Assembly: GCA_934177795.1 (NCBI GenBank)
Contig: CAKPPS010000001.1
Location: 48,485 to 112,484, forward strand
From: an uncultured Clostridia bacterium
Lineage (GTDB): Bacteria > Bacillota > Clostridia > TANB77 > CAG-508
Direction: 5' to 3'
DNA length: 64,000 nucleotides
Shown here piece after piece: positions 1 through 9,324 of the stretch (the stretch's first letter is position 1; each line of letters opens with the position of its first letter). The translations under genes and the position numbers were made by a program. The notes beneath the pieces were generated by a model. That model saw only the letters and a program-made list of their open reading frames with translations. It was not told where the DNA came from and made no database searches.

Positions 1-79
1 GTTTAATTTTAGTAATATAGTTTATATTGAAAGAAGAAAATATACTTATTCTTTAGATGAAGATAATAATAAATTAATA

Positions 80-1330
80 TTGATACCCCATTCAAAGGAA
101 ATAAATGAGTTTTCTATAGTAAAAGAATTAATGGGAAAATGGATATATTTAAAAGGAGATGAACTTGTTAATTTTAGTGCTTTGCTTGGTTATGGCCATG
201 TACATAGAGGTAATATGTGTTTTGATATAACATGTCTAGTTAGATATTTTCCTGATTTTAATAAAAAAGTGCAAAAGCCTGGTACTTTTAAATCTATAAG
301 TTTTTCTTCATTAGCAATAGATTATTTTATTGGGCATAAAAATGGACTATTAGATAAATCTATAAATATATTATCTAAGTTTAAGAATGATGAAGACAAT
401 GATGATGAAATCGAGGAGCCTAAAAAACATAAATTTATTTATAAAGGAAATGAATATAATTTATACTTTATGACTATAGGAAGATTTGAATTTGAAAAAA
501 GATTTCCGTTTAATATTTTTTCAACATTAAATATTGAAAGTTCTAAGAACATAAATCTTGATGAATTATATGATTTAGTTAATTTGATTAGACTATTTTT
601 ACAATTTATATCAAATAGAAGAGTTATAGACATTGATGAGATATTCATAATGAAAGAAAATGAGAGTTTTGATTTTAATGGAACAGTTAAACTAAATAAT
701 TTTAAATTAATGGAACCAAGCAAATGGAATATAATAACTTATGATTTAATTAAAGATAATTTGAGTAACTTACTACAAGAAATTGCAGACAATAATATTT
801 GCTTTAGATCTTTATTTAATTATGAATCAGATAAAATAAATTCAGTTGATATAATGAATATATGCGCTAGTTTTGAAAGTCAATTTAATAATACATATCC
901 GAATTTCAAAAATAAAGATTTTAAAAAAGTAAAGAAGGAAATTATAGAATATTTAAAAATAATGCCTAATAACTATAATACATCTGAATTAGAAGAAATG
1001 AATAATATTACAAATGGAATAAAAAATTATAATGATACGTTAAAATCAAAGTTACAATATGCGTTAGAAGAATTTATAAAAATTTATGAATCTGGCGGTG
1101 GAAAAGTAAATTTTGATTTTGGTAAAGATTATATTAATATGCCAAATAGATTTAAGAATGCTAGAAATGCATTAGACCATGGTAATGTTAAGTATGAGCT
1201 ATCAAATCAAGAATATTTTGATGTTAATTTAGTTAGAGCTATAATTTATATGATGATTTTGAAAAAAATCAAGTTGTCAGACGAACAGATTAAAATGTGT
1301 ATAAGAAAAATTATAAAAGGAATAGAGTAG
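80..1330 (+). CDS. Hypothetical protein with C-terminal HEPN-like Rx4H motif; candidate ApeA/Abi-type defence RNase (5' end may lie upstream of the window)
   Basis: 416-aa ORF from TTG-80, with the frame open back to nt 2. The C-terminal ...RFKNARNALDHGN... fits HEPN R-x4-H. No other family recognised. Lies in the island left of the tRNA-Leu remnant. Confidence 0.45.
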   Translation: MIPHSKEINEFSIVKELMGKWIYLKGDELVNFSALLGYGHVHRGNMCFDITCLVRYFPDFNKKVQKPGTFKSISFSSLAIDYFIGHKNGLLDKSINILSKFKNDEDNDDEIEEPKKHKFIYKGNEYNLYFMTIGRFEFEKRFPFNIFSTLNIESSKNINLDELYDLVNLIRLFLQFISNRRVIDIDEIFIMKENESFDFNGTVKLNNFKLMEPSKWNIITYDLIKDNLSNLLQEIADNNICFRSLFNYESDKINSVDIMNICASFESQFNNTYPNFKNKDFKKVKKEIIEYLKIMPNNYNTSELEEMNNITNGIKNYNDTLKSKLQYALEEFIKIYESGGGKVNFDFGKDYINMPNRFKNARNALDHGNVKYELSNQEYFDVNLVRAIIYMMILKKIKLSDEQIKMCIRKIIKGIE

Positions 1331-1369
1331 TATTATATAAATGTTTGAAAGTAATTAAAAGAAAAAAAC

Positions 1370-1392
1370 GAGTAGTTCGCTAAGAACTACTC
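1370..1392. terminator. Bidirectional stem-loop between convergent genes
   Basis: gagtagttc-gcta(a)-gaactactc, 9-bp perfect stem between the 80..1330 (+) and 1482..2220 (-) genes. Confidence 0.5.
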
Positions 1393-1481
1393 TTAATCTT
1401 CTTAATGCCGATGTAAAAATCACATGGCTTAATTTAATTAGATTATACTATATAATATGGTTAAAGTCAATAAAAATATAC

Positions 1482-2220
1482 TCATTTTGTAAAAAGTTGA
1501 ATCATTTTTTTATCTAGAAAATCTAAACTAGAATTAGATAAATGTACTCCAGCTAATAAGTCTTTAGATGTTTTAGGATAGTAAATTCGTTGCTTACTAA
1601 TAGTTGTAATTTGATTAAGTAATGCAATACTTCCTTTTTTCATTTTAGTAATTTCAGTTTCAAACTTTTTTAAGAATTCAAGTTCTTGAGATAATATAGG
1701 AAGTTGTTCTAATTCATCTTGTATATCTTCATATTTTTCAATTTTGTTTTTACTAATAGCAGATAACTTATTAAAAGTATCATTAAAATTTTTCTGAAAT
1801 TTATTATATAAAATAGTATAAATTTCTTCTCCTAGATTTACAGTATTGTCATAATATGTTTTATTTTCCTTAATAGAAGTAAGTGGGATTACATTTAATG
1901 TGCCAAATGATGGTTTATCATCTTTATTAAGTACAATGCAATAATGTAATCCACCTAATTCTCCGACCTACATTAAATCCTAAATTGGCTTTTATAATAT
2001 CTCCACGTTTATATCTTTTTAATTTAGTAGAATCAAAAGATTTTTCTTCATCATGATAATTAGCAAAGTCATTAATCCAATAAGCTAAAATATCAGATTT
2101 TTTATATTCTTCTAAATCTATATGTTTTTCAAAACTTTGGTTTAATCGTTTTAAGCATAAATCCTTATGATTTATAGAATTTATTTTTATATTTTCAATA
2201 TCATTATTAGTATTATTCAT
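1482..2220 (-). CDS. PemK/MazF-fold toxin-like protein (~245 aa), readable only with a +1 shift at in-frame CGG (C at 1965); would be called a frameshifted pseudogene under standard rules
   Basis: 0-frame: ...YKRGDIIKANLGFNVG then CGG. The +1 frame continues GELGGLHYCIVLNKDDKPSFGTLNVIPLTS... and stays open to TGA at 1482 (checked codon by codon). The RGDI...G.E.GG...VL pattern resembles the MazF/PemK fold. Confidence 0.5.
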
Positions 2221-2520
2221 AAATTTACCGCCCTTCTAAAAACATTTGTTCTATTATATCATCTATTACGATAAAAGTCTATATTTTTTGAAATATTTTT
2301 TATTTTGCTATAGGCAGTATCTGTTATACTTAAAAATTATATTTTCTAACAAAATTAATTCAAGTTTCTAACACTTTTGAAATTTTTCATAAAACTTAAA
2401 AAACTCAAAAAGTAAATATAGAGTAAGTATTTGCTTTAAAAACACTTACAGCAACAACGATTTTATAAAACACTAAAAATCAATAACAATTAATAAATAA
2501 AGAACTCAAAACTGTACTTA

Positions 2521-2567
2521 GAAACCAGTGCCACGGCGTGGGGGTTCGAGCCCCTTCATCCGCACCA
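2521..2567 (+). other. tRNA-Leu 3'-terminal fragment (variable arm, T-arm, acceptor 3' strand, ACCA); putative att remnant
   Basis: ...gccacggcgtGGGGGTTCGAGCCCCTTCATCCGCACCA closely resembles Firmicute tRNA-Leu 3' ends (cf. ...cgtgggggttcaagtcccctcacccgcacca). No matching 5' acceptor strand (GCGGATG) or D-arm lies upstream. Confidence 0.7.
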
Positions 2568-2607
2568 ATGACGTATTTGTTCAAACTATTAGAACAGATA
2601 ATACCAA

Positions 2608-2642
2608 AATCAATCAGAAAATAAATCGGATTGATTTTTTTC
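2608..2642 (+). terminator. Rho-independent terminator after the tRNA fragment
   Basis: aatcaatc...gattgatt stem followed by a T7 run. Near-duplicate of the terminator at 4565..4597. Confidence 0.6.
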
Positions 2643-2855
2643 TGTTTAAAAACAATATTAAAATCATCCAAAACGAAAGGATGGTGTTAAGATTGAAAAT
2701 AATTAAACAAGAATTACAATTTGAAGAATGTCTAAAGCAGAGACTTGAATTTAATAGTATAAAATTAAAGAAATGAGAATGTCAATTAAAAAAATTTCTT
2801 TAATTTTATAGACATTTAAAAAAATAAATAGTATATTTATAGTATATTATAAAGT

Positions 2856-2966
2856 ATGGAGGAAAAAATATTGGATAAACCAAATAAAGAAATGAAAGAA
2901 GAAATAGAAACATCTCAAGAACAGTCAGCTGTGGTTCAAGATTCTAAAATGAGTTTAGAAGCTTAA
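2856..2966 (+). CDS. Small ORF (36 aa) overlapping the next gene by TAATG
   Basis: ATG-2856 ... TAA-2966 overlaps ATG-2966. Weak RBS. Acidic and Lys-rich, no homology recognised. Confidence 0.25.
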   Translation: MEEKILDKPNKEMKEEIETSQEQSAVVQDSKMSLEA

Positions 2967-4059
2967 TGAATTTAGCTCCAAAGCCAATTGATGAATATAA
3001 TGAAGACAGCAGAATGGACTATTTAGATAGACTATTTTCTGGACTAAAGGATATGGAATTTAAATTTAAGGCAATTGTAAGAAGCTTTAATATGGAAGAA
3101 CAATTGGAAGATAGTTTTAATACTTATTTTGATAGAGCGAAAAAAGAACTTTCTGAATTAGGATATGGTAGTAAAAATGAAAGTCTTCAGAAAATTTATC
3201 AAAAAATATTTGCAGATATGAAACCAGAGTTATTGGAGAAGGCTAAGCAAACTTTTTTGCGGATACACAATGTATGGAGGGCTAGGGGAGACATCTAGTA
3301 TGATAAATGATGTAGAAAGTATAAATGAATTGCTTCATATTACTCATTCATCAATCATAAATGATGATGAACTTCTACAATCTATGCCAGTTTTAGAAAC
3401 TAAAAAAAATTCATTTGGTTATGATATAACTTTATATGGTGAAGAAAATGAAGTTTCAAAAGGAATATTTTTAAATCTTCCTCTTGATTTAGATGTAGGA
3501 TATACTGATATAGTTTCTATGAAAGATCGAACATTAATGATGGTAAGAGATAGAGGGCATGCTTTAACTATAGATATAGATTCTAGTGATAAGGATAATG
3601 TAGATGTTAGATATTTTGTACCTAAAATATGTAATTTAGATATGGTAAAGGCTCTACCAGGAATTAACGAGAGCAGTATTACTCAAAATGGAGCAAGCGG
3701 TTTTTTTGTTTCAACCCAAAAAGATATTTCTGAAAGTATATCTAGTTTTATTGCTAATGTTCCTACTGATATGGATATACCTGAAATCAGAATGAATGAA
3801 ATAAACATAGTAGAAACGTTTGATAAATCAGAAATATTTGGAAATTCACGGAAAAGCAATACAAAAGGAAAACGAAGAACTAATAGATAACAAAAATACA
3901 ACTCCATTTACTATCAATGATGCTAAGAGCTTAGCTACTAGTAGAAAATTTAGTAAAATAAAAGAAATGTTTTCTAAATTTAAAGAATTTATAAAGTCAA
4001 AATCTAGTGTACTAAAATCAAAAGGAGAAGATAAAGAAAACTATGATCAAAGTAGATGA
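2966..4059 (+). CDS. Hypothetical protein (~363 aa) assembled from three ORF-track pieces via two in-frame CGG/+1 sites (C at 3260 and 3849)
   Basis: ...KQTFL-CGG then +1 GGA TAC ACA ATG... joins ORF 2966..3298 to 3270..3890. ...FGNS-CGG then +1 GGA AAA GCA... joins it to 3820..4059. Length 1094 nt = 3n+2. Confidence 0.5.
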
Positions 4060-4522
4060 TATTGCCAAAGAAACTTTAGATATTTTAAAATATTTTAATT
4101 CTGATTTTGTATCTAAAATACCAAATAAATTTTTAGAAAATTTAAAAATGATAGCTGAAACATCTCAAATTGCTGTAAATATAGATAGGGATAAAAAATT
4201 GGAAGAACAAGAAATAACTGAGGATTGTAAAGATTTGATATCTTTAATTTATTATAGTTATGTAGCAAATGAAAATGATAAAAAAGAAATTTTAAAATGT
4301 TGGAATAAAAATGAGCAAAAATATCAAAATGAATTAAATGAAAAATATAATGCTAATGATATTTTTAAAAATATTCACAATAAGGTAAAAACACATACTG
4401 ATATAACTGAAAAAAGTGAACATTCTAATTTGCCTCAGATAGTTGAAAATCATAGCTTTATTAAAAGTATTTGGAAGAAGATAAAAGGATTATTTAATAT
4501 GAATAATAATGAAAAAAACTAA
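4043..4522 (+). CDS. Hypothetical protein (159 aa)
   Basis: ORF overlaps the upstream stop by 17 nt and is followed by a terminator. No family recognised. Confidence 0.55.
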   Translation: MIKVDDIAKETLDILKYFNSDFVSKIPNKFLENLKMIAETSQIAVNIDRDKKLEEQEITEDCKDLISLIYYSYVANENDKKEILKCWNKNEQKYQNELNEKYNANDIFKNIHNKVKTHTDITEKSEHSNLPQIVENHSFIKSIWKKIKGLFNMNNNEKN

Positions 4523-4564
4523 TATTTTACAAGACAAGAAGACAATTAATTTGAATTACAGATA

Positions 4565-4597
4565 AAAAATCAATCAGAAATGATTGATTTTTTTTGA
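4565..4597 (+). terminator. Rho-independent terminator
   Basis: aaaaatcaatca-gaaa-tgattgattttt, 12-bp stem plus T-run. Confidence 0.75.
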
Positions 4598-4655
4598 GCC
4601 CAAAACAAGATATTAACAAAATTATAAAATATTTATTGTAATTTATTAAAATCAG

Positions 4656-4740
4656 GTTTACTTATTATGTAAAAAGATGTATAATGAATGTAGTAACTAT
4701 TGAATTTTTCATATGGGCATTGCCCAAAAGGAGAAAAATT
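4656..4740 (+). promoter_or_regulatory. Sigma-A-type promoter plus 13-bp palindrome in the leader (copy A of a repeated unit)
   Basis: TTTACT(4657-62)-17 nt-TATAAT(4680-85); palindrome TGGGCAtTGCCCA 4714-4726 abutting RBS AAAGGAG. About 80% identical to the reverse complement of 12572..12660. Confidence 0.6.
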
Positions 4741-5211
4741 ATGAATAATATGAAAGAAACACTCAAAAAAGCAGGTTATAACGTATCAACAAAAAATCAA
4801 GAAGAAGAGAACGTGGTGGAAACACCAGTCTATCGGAAAGTTGATTTTGCATCATTAACAAAAAAAGAACAAAAAAGAATGGTGCATGATGAAACATGGC
4901 GTCTCGAGAACAAGATTCCATACATGTGGGAAGAGTTCGCGATGCGTATCGCACAATACAACTTTCTGAATCCAGAAAATCCGATTACAGACGATTTTCT
5001 GATGAGAGTTGTAAAACAAGGAGAAAAGATGGATATCTGGGGTGATGATGCGTATTACTGTTGCAATCTTCGAACTCATAATAGTGATACAAACTATCGA
5101 AGTTTGGTGGCTTTGATGGGGGAAGAGCTTGTAAAGGAAATGGAGAGCTTCGGCGTAAGCTGGGGATATTATGCTTTAGTATATGATGAAATTGCCAGAA
5201 AAAAATGGTAA
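4741..5211 (+). CDS. Hypothetical cytosolic protein (156 aa), GC-richer than its surroundings
   Basis: ATG-4741 lies 7 nt after GGAG (the ORF-track start at 4684 would include the promoter). Contains an ordinary in-frame CGG codon (4834). Locally elevated GC by eye. Confidence 0.6.
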   Translation: MNNMKETLKKAGYNVSTKNQEEENVVETPVYRKVDFASLTKKEQKRMVHDETWRLENKIPYMWEEFAMRIAQYNFLNPENPITDDFLMRVVKQGEKMDIWGDDAYYCCNLRTHNSDTNYRSLVALMGEELVKEMESFGVSWGYYALVYDEIARKKW

Positions 5212-5239
5212 TTTTAAAGAGCTTAAATTTTTTTCAGAG

Positions 5240-5275
5240 CAAAGAGGTTAGTGAATACTAGCCTCTTTGTTTTGA
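5240..5275 (+). terminator. Rho-independent terminator
   Basis: caaagaggtta...tagcctctttg stem followed by TTTT. Confidence 0.6.
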
Positions 5276-5571
5276 AAAATTTACTAAAAAATAATAGATA
5301 GGAAAATAATAAAATTAATACATAGTATTGAAAGAATAATCATTTACTTTTGAAAGTTATTGTAAATGTTGAAAATGTAATATTTGATAAAATTATTCTA
5401 AACAAAAATAAAAAAGTATTGTCAAAAAAAATCGTTTATGGTAAGATTTTATTAAATCATACTTTTATATCATATGAAAGAGGAGGTGGAAAATAAAGTA
5501 TATTCACCTATTGCAGATTTTGGTGGGTGAATTATTTCTTGTTGTTATGAGTAATTTATAAGGAGGACAAA

Positions 5572-6066
5572 ATGACACAGTTAACAAATGAAATGATAAT
5601 CCAAAGTCTTAACAAAAATTTTGTTTTTATGAGATTAGATTTTATATTATCGGCAATAATTTTACTAGTCTTTGGAATCATATATTTTTTGAAAGGAAGA
5701 AGAGAACAAAATTCTAGAAGAAAAAAAGGCATAATAATAGGTGTGATTTTTATTGCATTTTTAATGGGAGTTCCAGCATTTAAAAATTCTCTAAAATATA
5801 GTGCAATACAATCTTCGATAAAAAATAACTGCTTTGAAGTAGTAATTGATACTGTAGCAAGAACTGATTTTACTACAGCTGATGGAGATACAACCTACTA
5901 TGTTTATCTAACCAATAATGGAAAAATGCCTGTTAGCCAAAATACATATTATCATATTTCTTCTGGAGATTCAGTATATGTTGTAATTGCAAAAGGTAGA
6001 TTTGGAGGAAAATATCCAACAGGACAACTTTATTTAACAAGTGAATACCAATATGTTAATAACTAA
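5572..6066 (+). CDS. Membrane protein, unknown function (164 aa, two predicted TM helices)
   Basis: RBS AAGGAGG 7 nt upstream. Hydrophobic stretches LDFILSAIILLVFGIIYFL and GIIIGVIFIAFLMGV. Confidence 0.6.
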   Translation: MTQLTNEMIIQSLNKNFVFMRLDFILSAIILLVFGIIYFLKGRREQNSRRKKGIIIGVIFIAFLMGVPAFKNSLKYSAIQSSIKNNCFEVVIDTVARTDFTTADGDTTYYVYLTNNGKMPVSQNTYYHISSGDSVYVVIAKGRFGGKYPTGQLYLTSEYQYVNN

Positions 6067-6111
6067 AAAAGAAGGAGGGAAAACCTTCCTTTCTTTTTTA
6101 ATTTGAATATA

Positions 6112-6651
6112 TTACAAATCAATTGTTATATTTTGTTTTGTATTTTCATTAATTTGAAATAAATATTCTTCATTAAATCCAAATAGCATTGCTATAAGAT
6201 TATAAGGAACAACATGAATTTTTGTATTATATTTTGTTACATCATTGTTATATAATCTTCTAGCAGCTTGTAACTGACTTTCTATTTTAGACAAATTCTT
6301 TTGAAGTTCTAAAAATTGCTCACTTGCTTTTAAATTAGGATAAATTTCAGCTACAGCTAATATTTTATTAATTTGATTATTTAATTCTTCACTAACTTTT
6401 AGGTCTTTTGTTTCATTATATTGAGTTCTCAATTTTATTATTTTTTCAAAAGTTTCTTTTTCATAATTCATATAACCTTTTACAGTGTTTACTAGATTAG
6501 GTATTAAATCAAATCTTTGTTGTAAGTAAACATCTATACAGCTTTTTGATTGTTTTATTTTTATTTTTAATTTAGTTAAACTATTATATTGAACAACTAT
6601 TAATATTATTAAAACAAATAAAATAATTATTCCTATAATTGGTAATGACAT
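6112..6651 (-). CDS. lemA: LemA family protein
   Basis: N-terminal TM helix, then ...YNSL..L...I..S.S.IDV.LQ.R.DLIPNLV..VKGY..YE...F..I...R... typical of LemA. Confidence 0.8.
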   Translation of the reverse strand: MSLPIIGIIILFVLIILIVVQYNSLTKLKIKIKQSKSCIDVYLQQRFDLIPNLVNTVKGYMNYEKETFEKIIKLRTQYNETKDLKVSEELNNQINKILAVAEIYPNLKASEQFLELQKNLSKIESQLQAARRLYNNDVTKYNTKIHVVPYNLIAMLFGFNEEYLFQINENTKQNITIDL

Positions 6652-6664
6652 AATAGTATTCCTC

Positions 6665-7654
6665 CTAATTATTGTATTCTGTATCTTTTATAAGTTGAAT
6701 CAATTTATCTGTTAATGTAAATGTAAAATCTAGCATTCTATAATATTTATATAATGTTGATTTATCTAAAGAAGATTTCATAACATTAGCAGTTTCAAAC
6801 ATTTCTCCTGACATAAATCTTATATATATTAGACTATTTTTTATGGTTAGCTCATATTCCATATTCATTTCTTTTTGAAATTCAATCAATAATTGCATTA
6901 TATCTGCTGTTAATAATTGCATTGCAATTATTTTGTCGGAACAATATACATCAAATATTTTTTCAAATTCTTGTGAATCTAGTTCAACTCTTAGTTTATC
7001 AAAAGGAAGTTTAGAACTAAAAGTTCTAGCTAATATATTTTTGTCTTTTCTATCTTTTCTTAAATATAGACTTGCGTTGAAAGGCTTAGGTGTTTCAACT
7101 TTTGACAGAATCCCACAAAATAATGTATGATATTGTATATTACCATTCTTATCGGTAGTTTCATATTCAGTTAAAACTTCTGACATTGAAAAATTGCAAT
7201 TGTTTTTTAATATACCTTGCATTAAGTCTTCCGAACTATATCTATCATATTTTTCAAATTCAGCATCAATGTATGAAGATGAACTTATTCCTTTGCAAGG
7301 ATAGTAATTAATGTTTTCTTCAAAAGAGTCTAATAAGGCTTTTACAACTTTTGTTTTAAAATCATTTTTATATTGAGTTATTTTAGAGTTTTGGCCTTTT
7401 GGCGTTGCTTTTATATAAATAAGAAAAGCAATAACGATATAGATAAATATTATAAAATTAGCAATTTCATCATTAGGATAAAATGTTTTATATAAAAAAG
7501 AGTGTAATACAAATCCGATGATAATTAATATAATTATTATAGTTATATTTCGTATAGTTTCATTTTTTGCTTTAAATCTTGAAATTTCTAAATCTTCAAA
7601 ATTATTTTCGACGATTTTAGAATAAATTTGTTCAAATTTTTCATTACTATTCAT
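6665..7654 (-). CDS. DUF3137-like membrane protein (common LemA partner)
   Basis: 329 aa with two central-N TM helices, immediately upstream of lemA in the same operon. This pairing is typical for DUF3137. Confidence 0.5.
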   Translation of the reverse strand: MNSNEKFEQIYSKIVENNFEDLEISRFKAKNETIRNITIIIILIIIGFVLHSFLYKTFYPNDEIANFIIFIYIVIAFLIYIKATPKGQNSKITQYKNDFKTKVVKALLDSFEENINYYPCKGISSSSYIDAEFEKYDRYSSEDLMQGILKNNCNFSMSEVLTEYETTDKNGNIQYHTLFCGILSKVETPKPFNASLYLRKDRKDKNILARTFSSKLPFDKLRVELDSQEFEKIFDVYCSDKIIAMQLLTADIMQLLIEFQKEMNMEYELTIKNSLIYIRFMSGEMFETANVMKSSLDKSTLYKYYRMLDFTFTLTDKLIQLIKDTEYNN

Positions 7655-7727
7655 TTTTTTACCTCAAATTACTTTTTTATTCTATTATAACATATATTGA
7701 AAATATTAGAGTGATTTTTTATAAAAT

Positions 7728-8552
7728 TTATATTTTATAATTTTTTTCTATAGGTAACCACCATTCTGTATGATTTTTATAATAAACCTCTATTTCTGGA
7801 ATATTTTTTATGTTATATCCAGAATAAGGTATCCAATTTTTGTAAACATAGAAACTTAGATTAGACATAGCTTCACCACTAATTTCTTTTACATTAAAAA
7901 TAGCCCATGTTGATTTTGGAATAGTAAATTTGGTACTATTAAAAAAACATTTTTGTGAAGCTATATGATATTTAGCTGTTTGAGGACTAGGAAAAAAATT
8001 ATCATATTCAATAATTCCAAAAGTGGTATCAGTAAAAAGTTCTATATAATCATTATTAGATTCTAAATTTTTCCAAAACTTAGGAGCAATGACTTTAATG
8101 TCTGGTAGTTTACATTCTTTTGAAATAGTATAGAAATGCAGTTCATCTTTTTTTTGTATCTTAAAATCAAGTTCAATATTATTAGAGGTGTTATTAGTAA
8201 AAGTGAATGGAGCAAAATTTTTTAGGTATTTAGAATTTTGTTTTACTTCACTTGGCTTTATACCATGAAATTTTTTGAATGCTCTTGAAAATGAAATAGG
8301 AGAATCATAGCCATATTTTAAACTTAAATCTATTATTTTAATTTTAGAGTTTATAAGTTCAAGGCCAGCCATACTCAATTTTCTATTTCTAATATATTCA
8401 GTAAGAGAAATTCCAGTTATAAAGTTAAAAATTCTATATAAAGAATATTCATTAACGCATAAAATCTGACAAATTTTTTCTATTGATATTTCATAAGTTA
8501 AATTGTCTTCTATATATTTAATTACTTCATTTAATCTATCGAAATTATTCAT
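7728..8552 (-). CDS. AraC-family transcriptional regulator with C-terminal GyrI-like effector-binding domain
   Basis: N-terminal double HTH (...YSLYRIFNFITGISLTEYIRNRKLSMA...YDSPISFSRAFKKFHGIKPSE) plus a ~150-aa C-terminal domain, as in the Rob/BmrR-type architecture. Confidence 0.75.
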   Translation of the reverse strand: MNNFDRLNEVIKYIEDNLTYEISIEKICQILCVNEYSLYRIFNFITGISLTEYIRNRKLSMAGLELINSKIKIIDLSLKYGYDSPISFSRAFKKFHGIKPSEVKQNSKYLKNFAPFTFTNNTSNNIELDFKIQKKDELHFYTISKECKLPDIKVIAPKFWKNLESNNDYIELFTDTTFGIIEYDNFFPSPQTAKYHIASQKCFFNSTKFTIPKSTWAIFNVKEISGEAMSNLSFYVYKNWIPYSGYNIKNIPEIEVYYKNHTEWWLPIEKNYKI

Positions 8553-8673
8553 ACTTTTATACTCCGTAAAAAATTTATACTAATTATAACATAAAACTAA
8601 CTTTAATGATATCGAAAAAGTTAAGAAATTTACTTACAAAAATGTATAATTAATTTGTGGAGGGATATTGTAA

Positions 8674-9324
8674 ATGGAATTTTCAGAAGTTATTAAAAAC
8701 AGACTAACAACATTAAATTATACAAGCAAAAAAATAAGCGAGGAAAATATGAACCAAATTATAGAAAGTGCAATAATTGCACCATCAGCTAAAAATAGAC
8801 AGCCATGGAGGTTTTATATATTAACAGATGAACAAAAAAATTATATTGCAGATAAAATGGAAAATTGGATAAATAATACAGGTTTGGTAACGACAATAAA
8901 AAGAAGTGCAAATTTAATAAAAAAAGTAGGAAATTGTATTTTGATTTATAGTGATAAATGGGATTCAAATAATGTTGATAAAATTAAAAATCCTCAAAAG
9001 TTGTTAAATGGTGAAGATATTGAAAATATGGTAATAATGCATGATTACTATTTTGACAGAATTAAAGCAGATACATTATCTGTTGGAGCAGCAGTAGAGC
9101 ATATTGTCTTAAAAGCAACTGAATTAGGAATAGATACAACTTGGCTTTGTGATGTTTTATTTATAGATGATGTTATAAATGAATATTTAGGATTAAAAGA
9201 TAAGGAATTAATGTGTGGAGTTGCATTAGGATATAGAAATAAAGCAAACCTAAAAAAAGGAAGATATAAAAAAGAATTTTTAATAATAGGGGAAGAAAAT
9301 GAAAGAAAAAAACTTTGTAAATAG
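8674..9324 (+). CDS. Nitroreductase-family flavoprotein
   Basis: ...APSAKNRQPWRFYILTDE... signature. 216 aa, divergent from the AraC gene. Confidence 0.75.
   Translation: MEFSEVIKNRLTTLNYTSKKISEENMNQIIESAIIAPSAKNRQPWRFYILTDEQKNYIADKMENWINNTGLVTTIKRSANLIKKVGNCILIYSDKWDSNNVDKIKNPQKLLNGEDIENMVIMHDYYFDRIKADTLSVGAAVEHIVLKATELGIDTTWLCDVLFIDDVINEYLGLKDKELMCGVALGYRNKANLKKGRYKKEFLIIGEENERKKLCK

Noticed and set aside
2528-2776. 82-aa ORF MPRRGGSSPF...
   Set aside because: It starts inside the tRNA-Leu fragment and runs through a terminator hairpin, and it has no RBS. Judged spurious.
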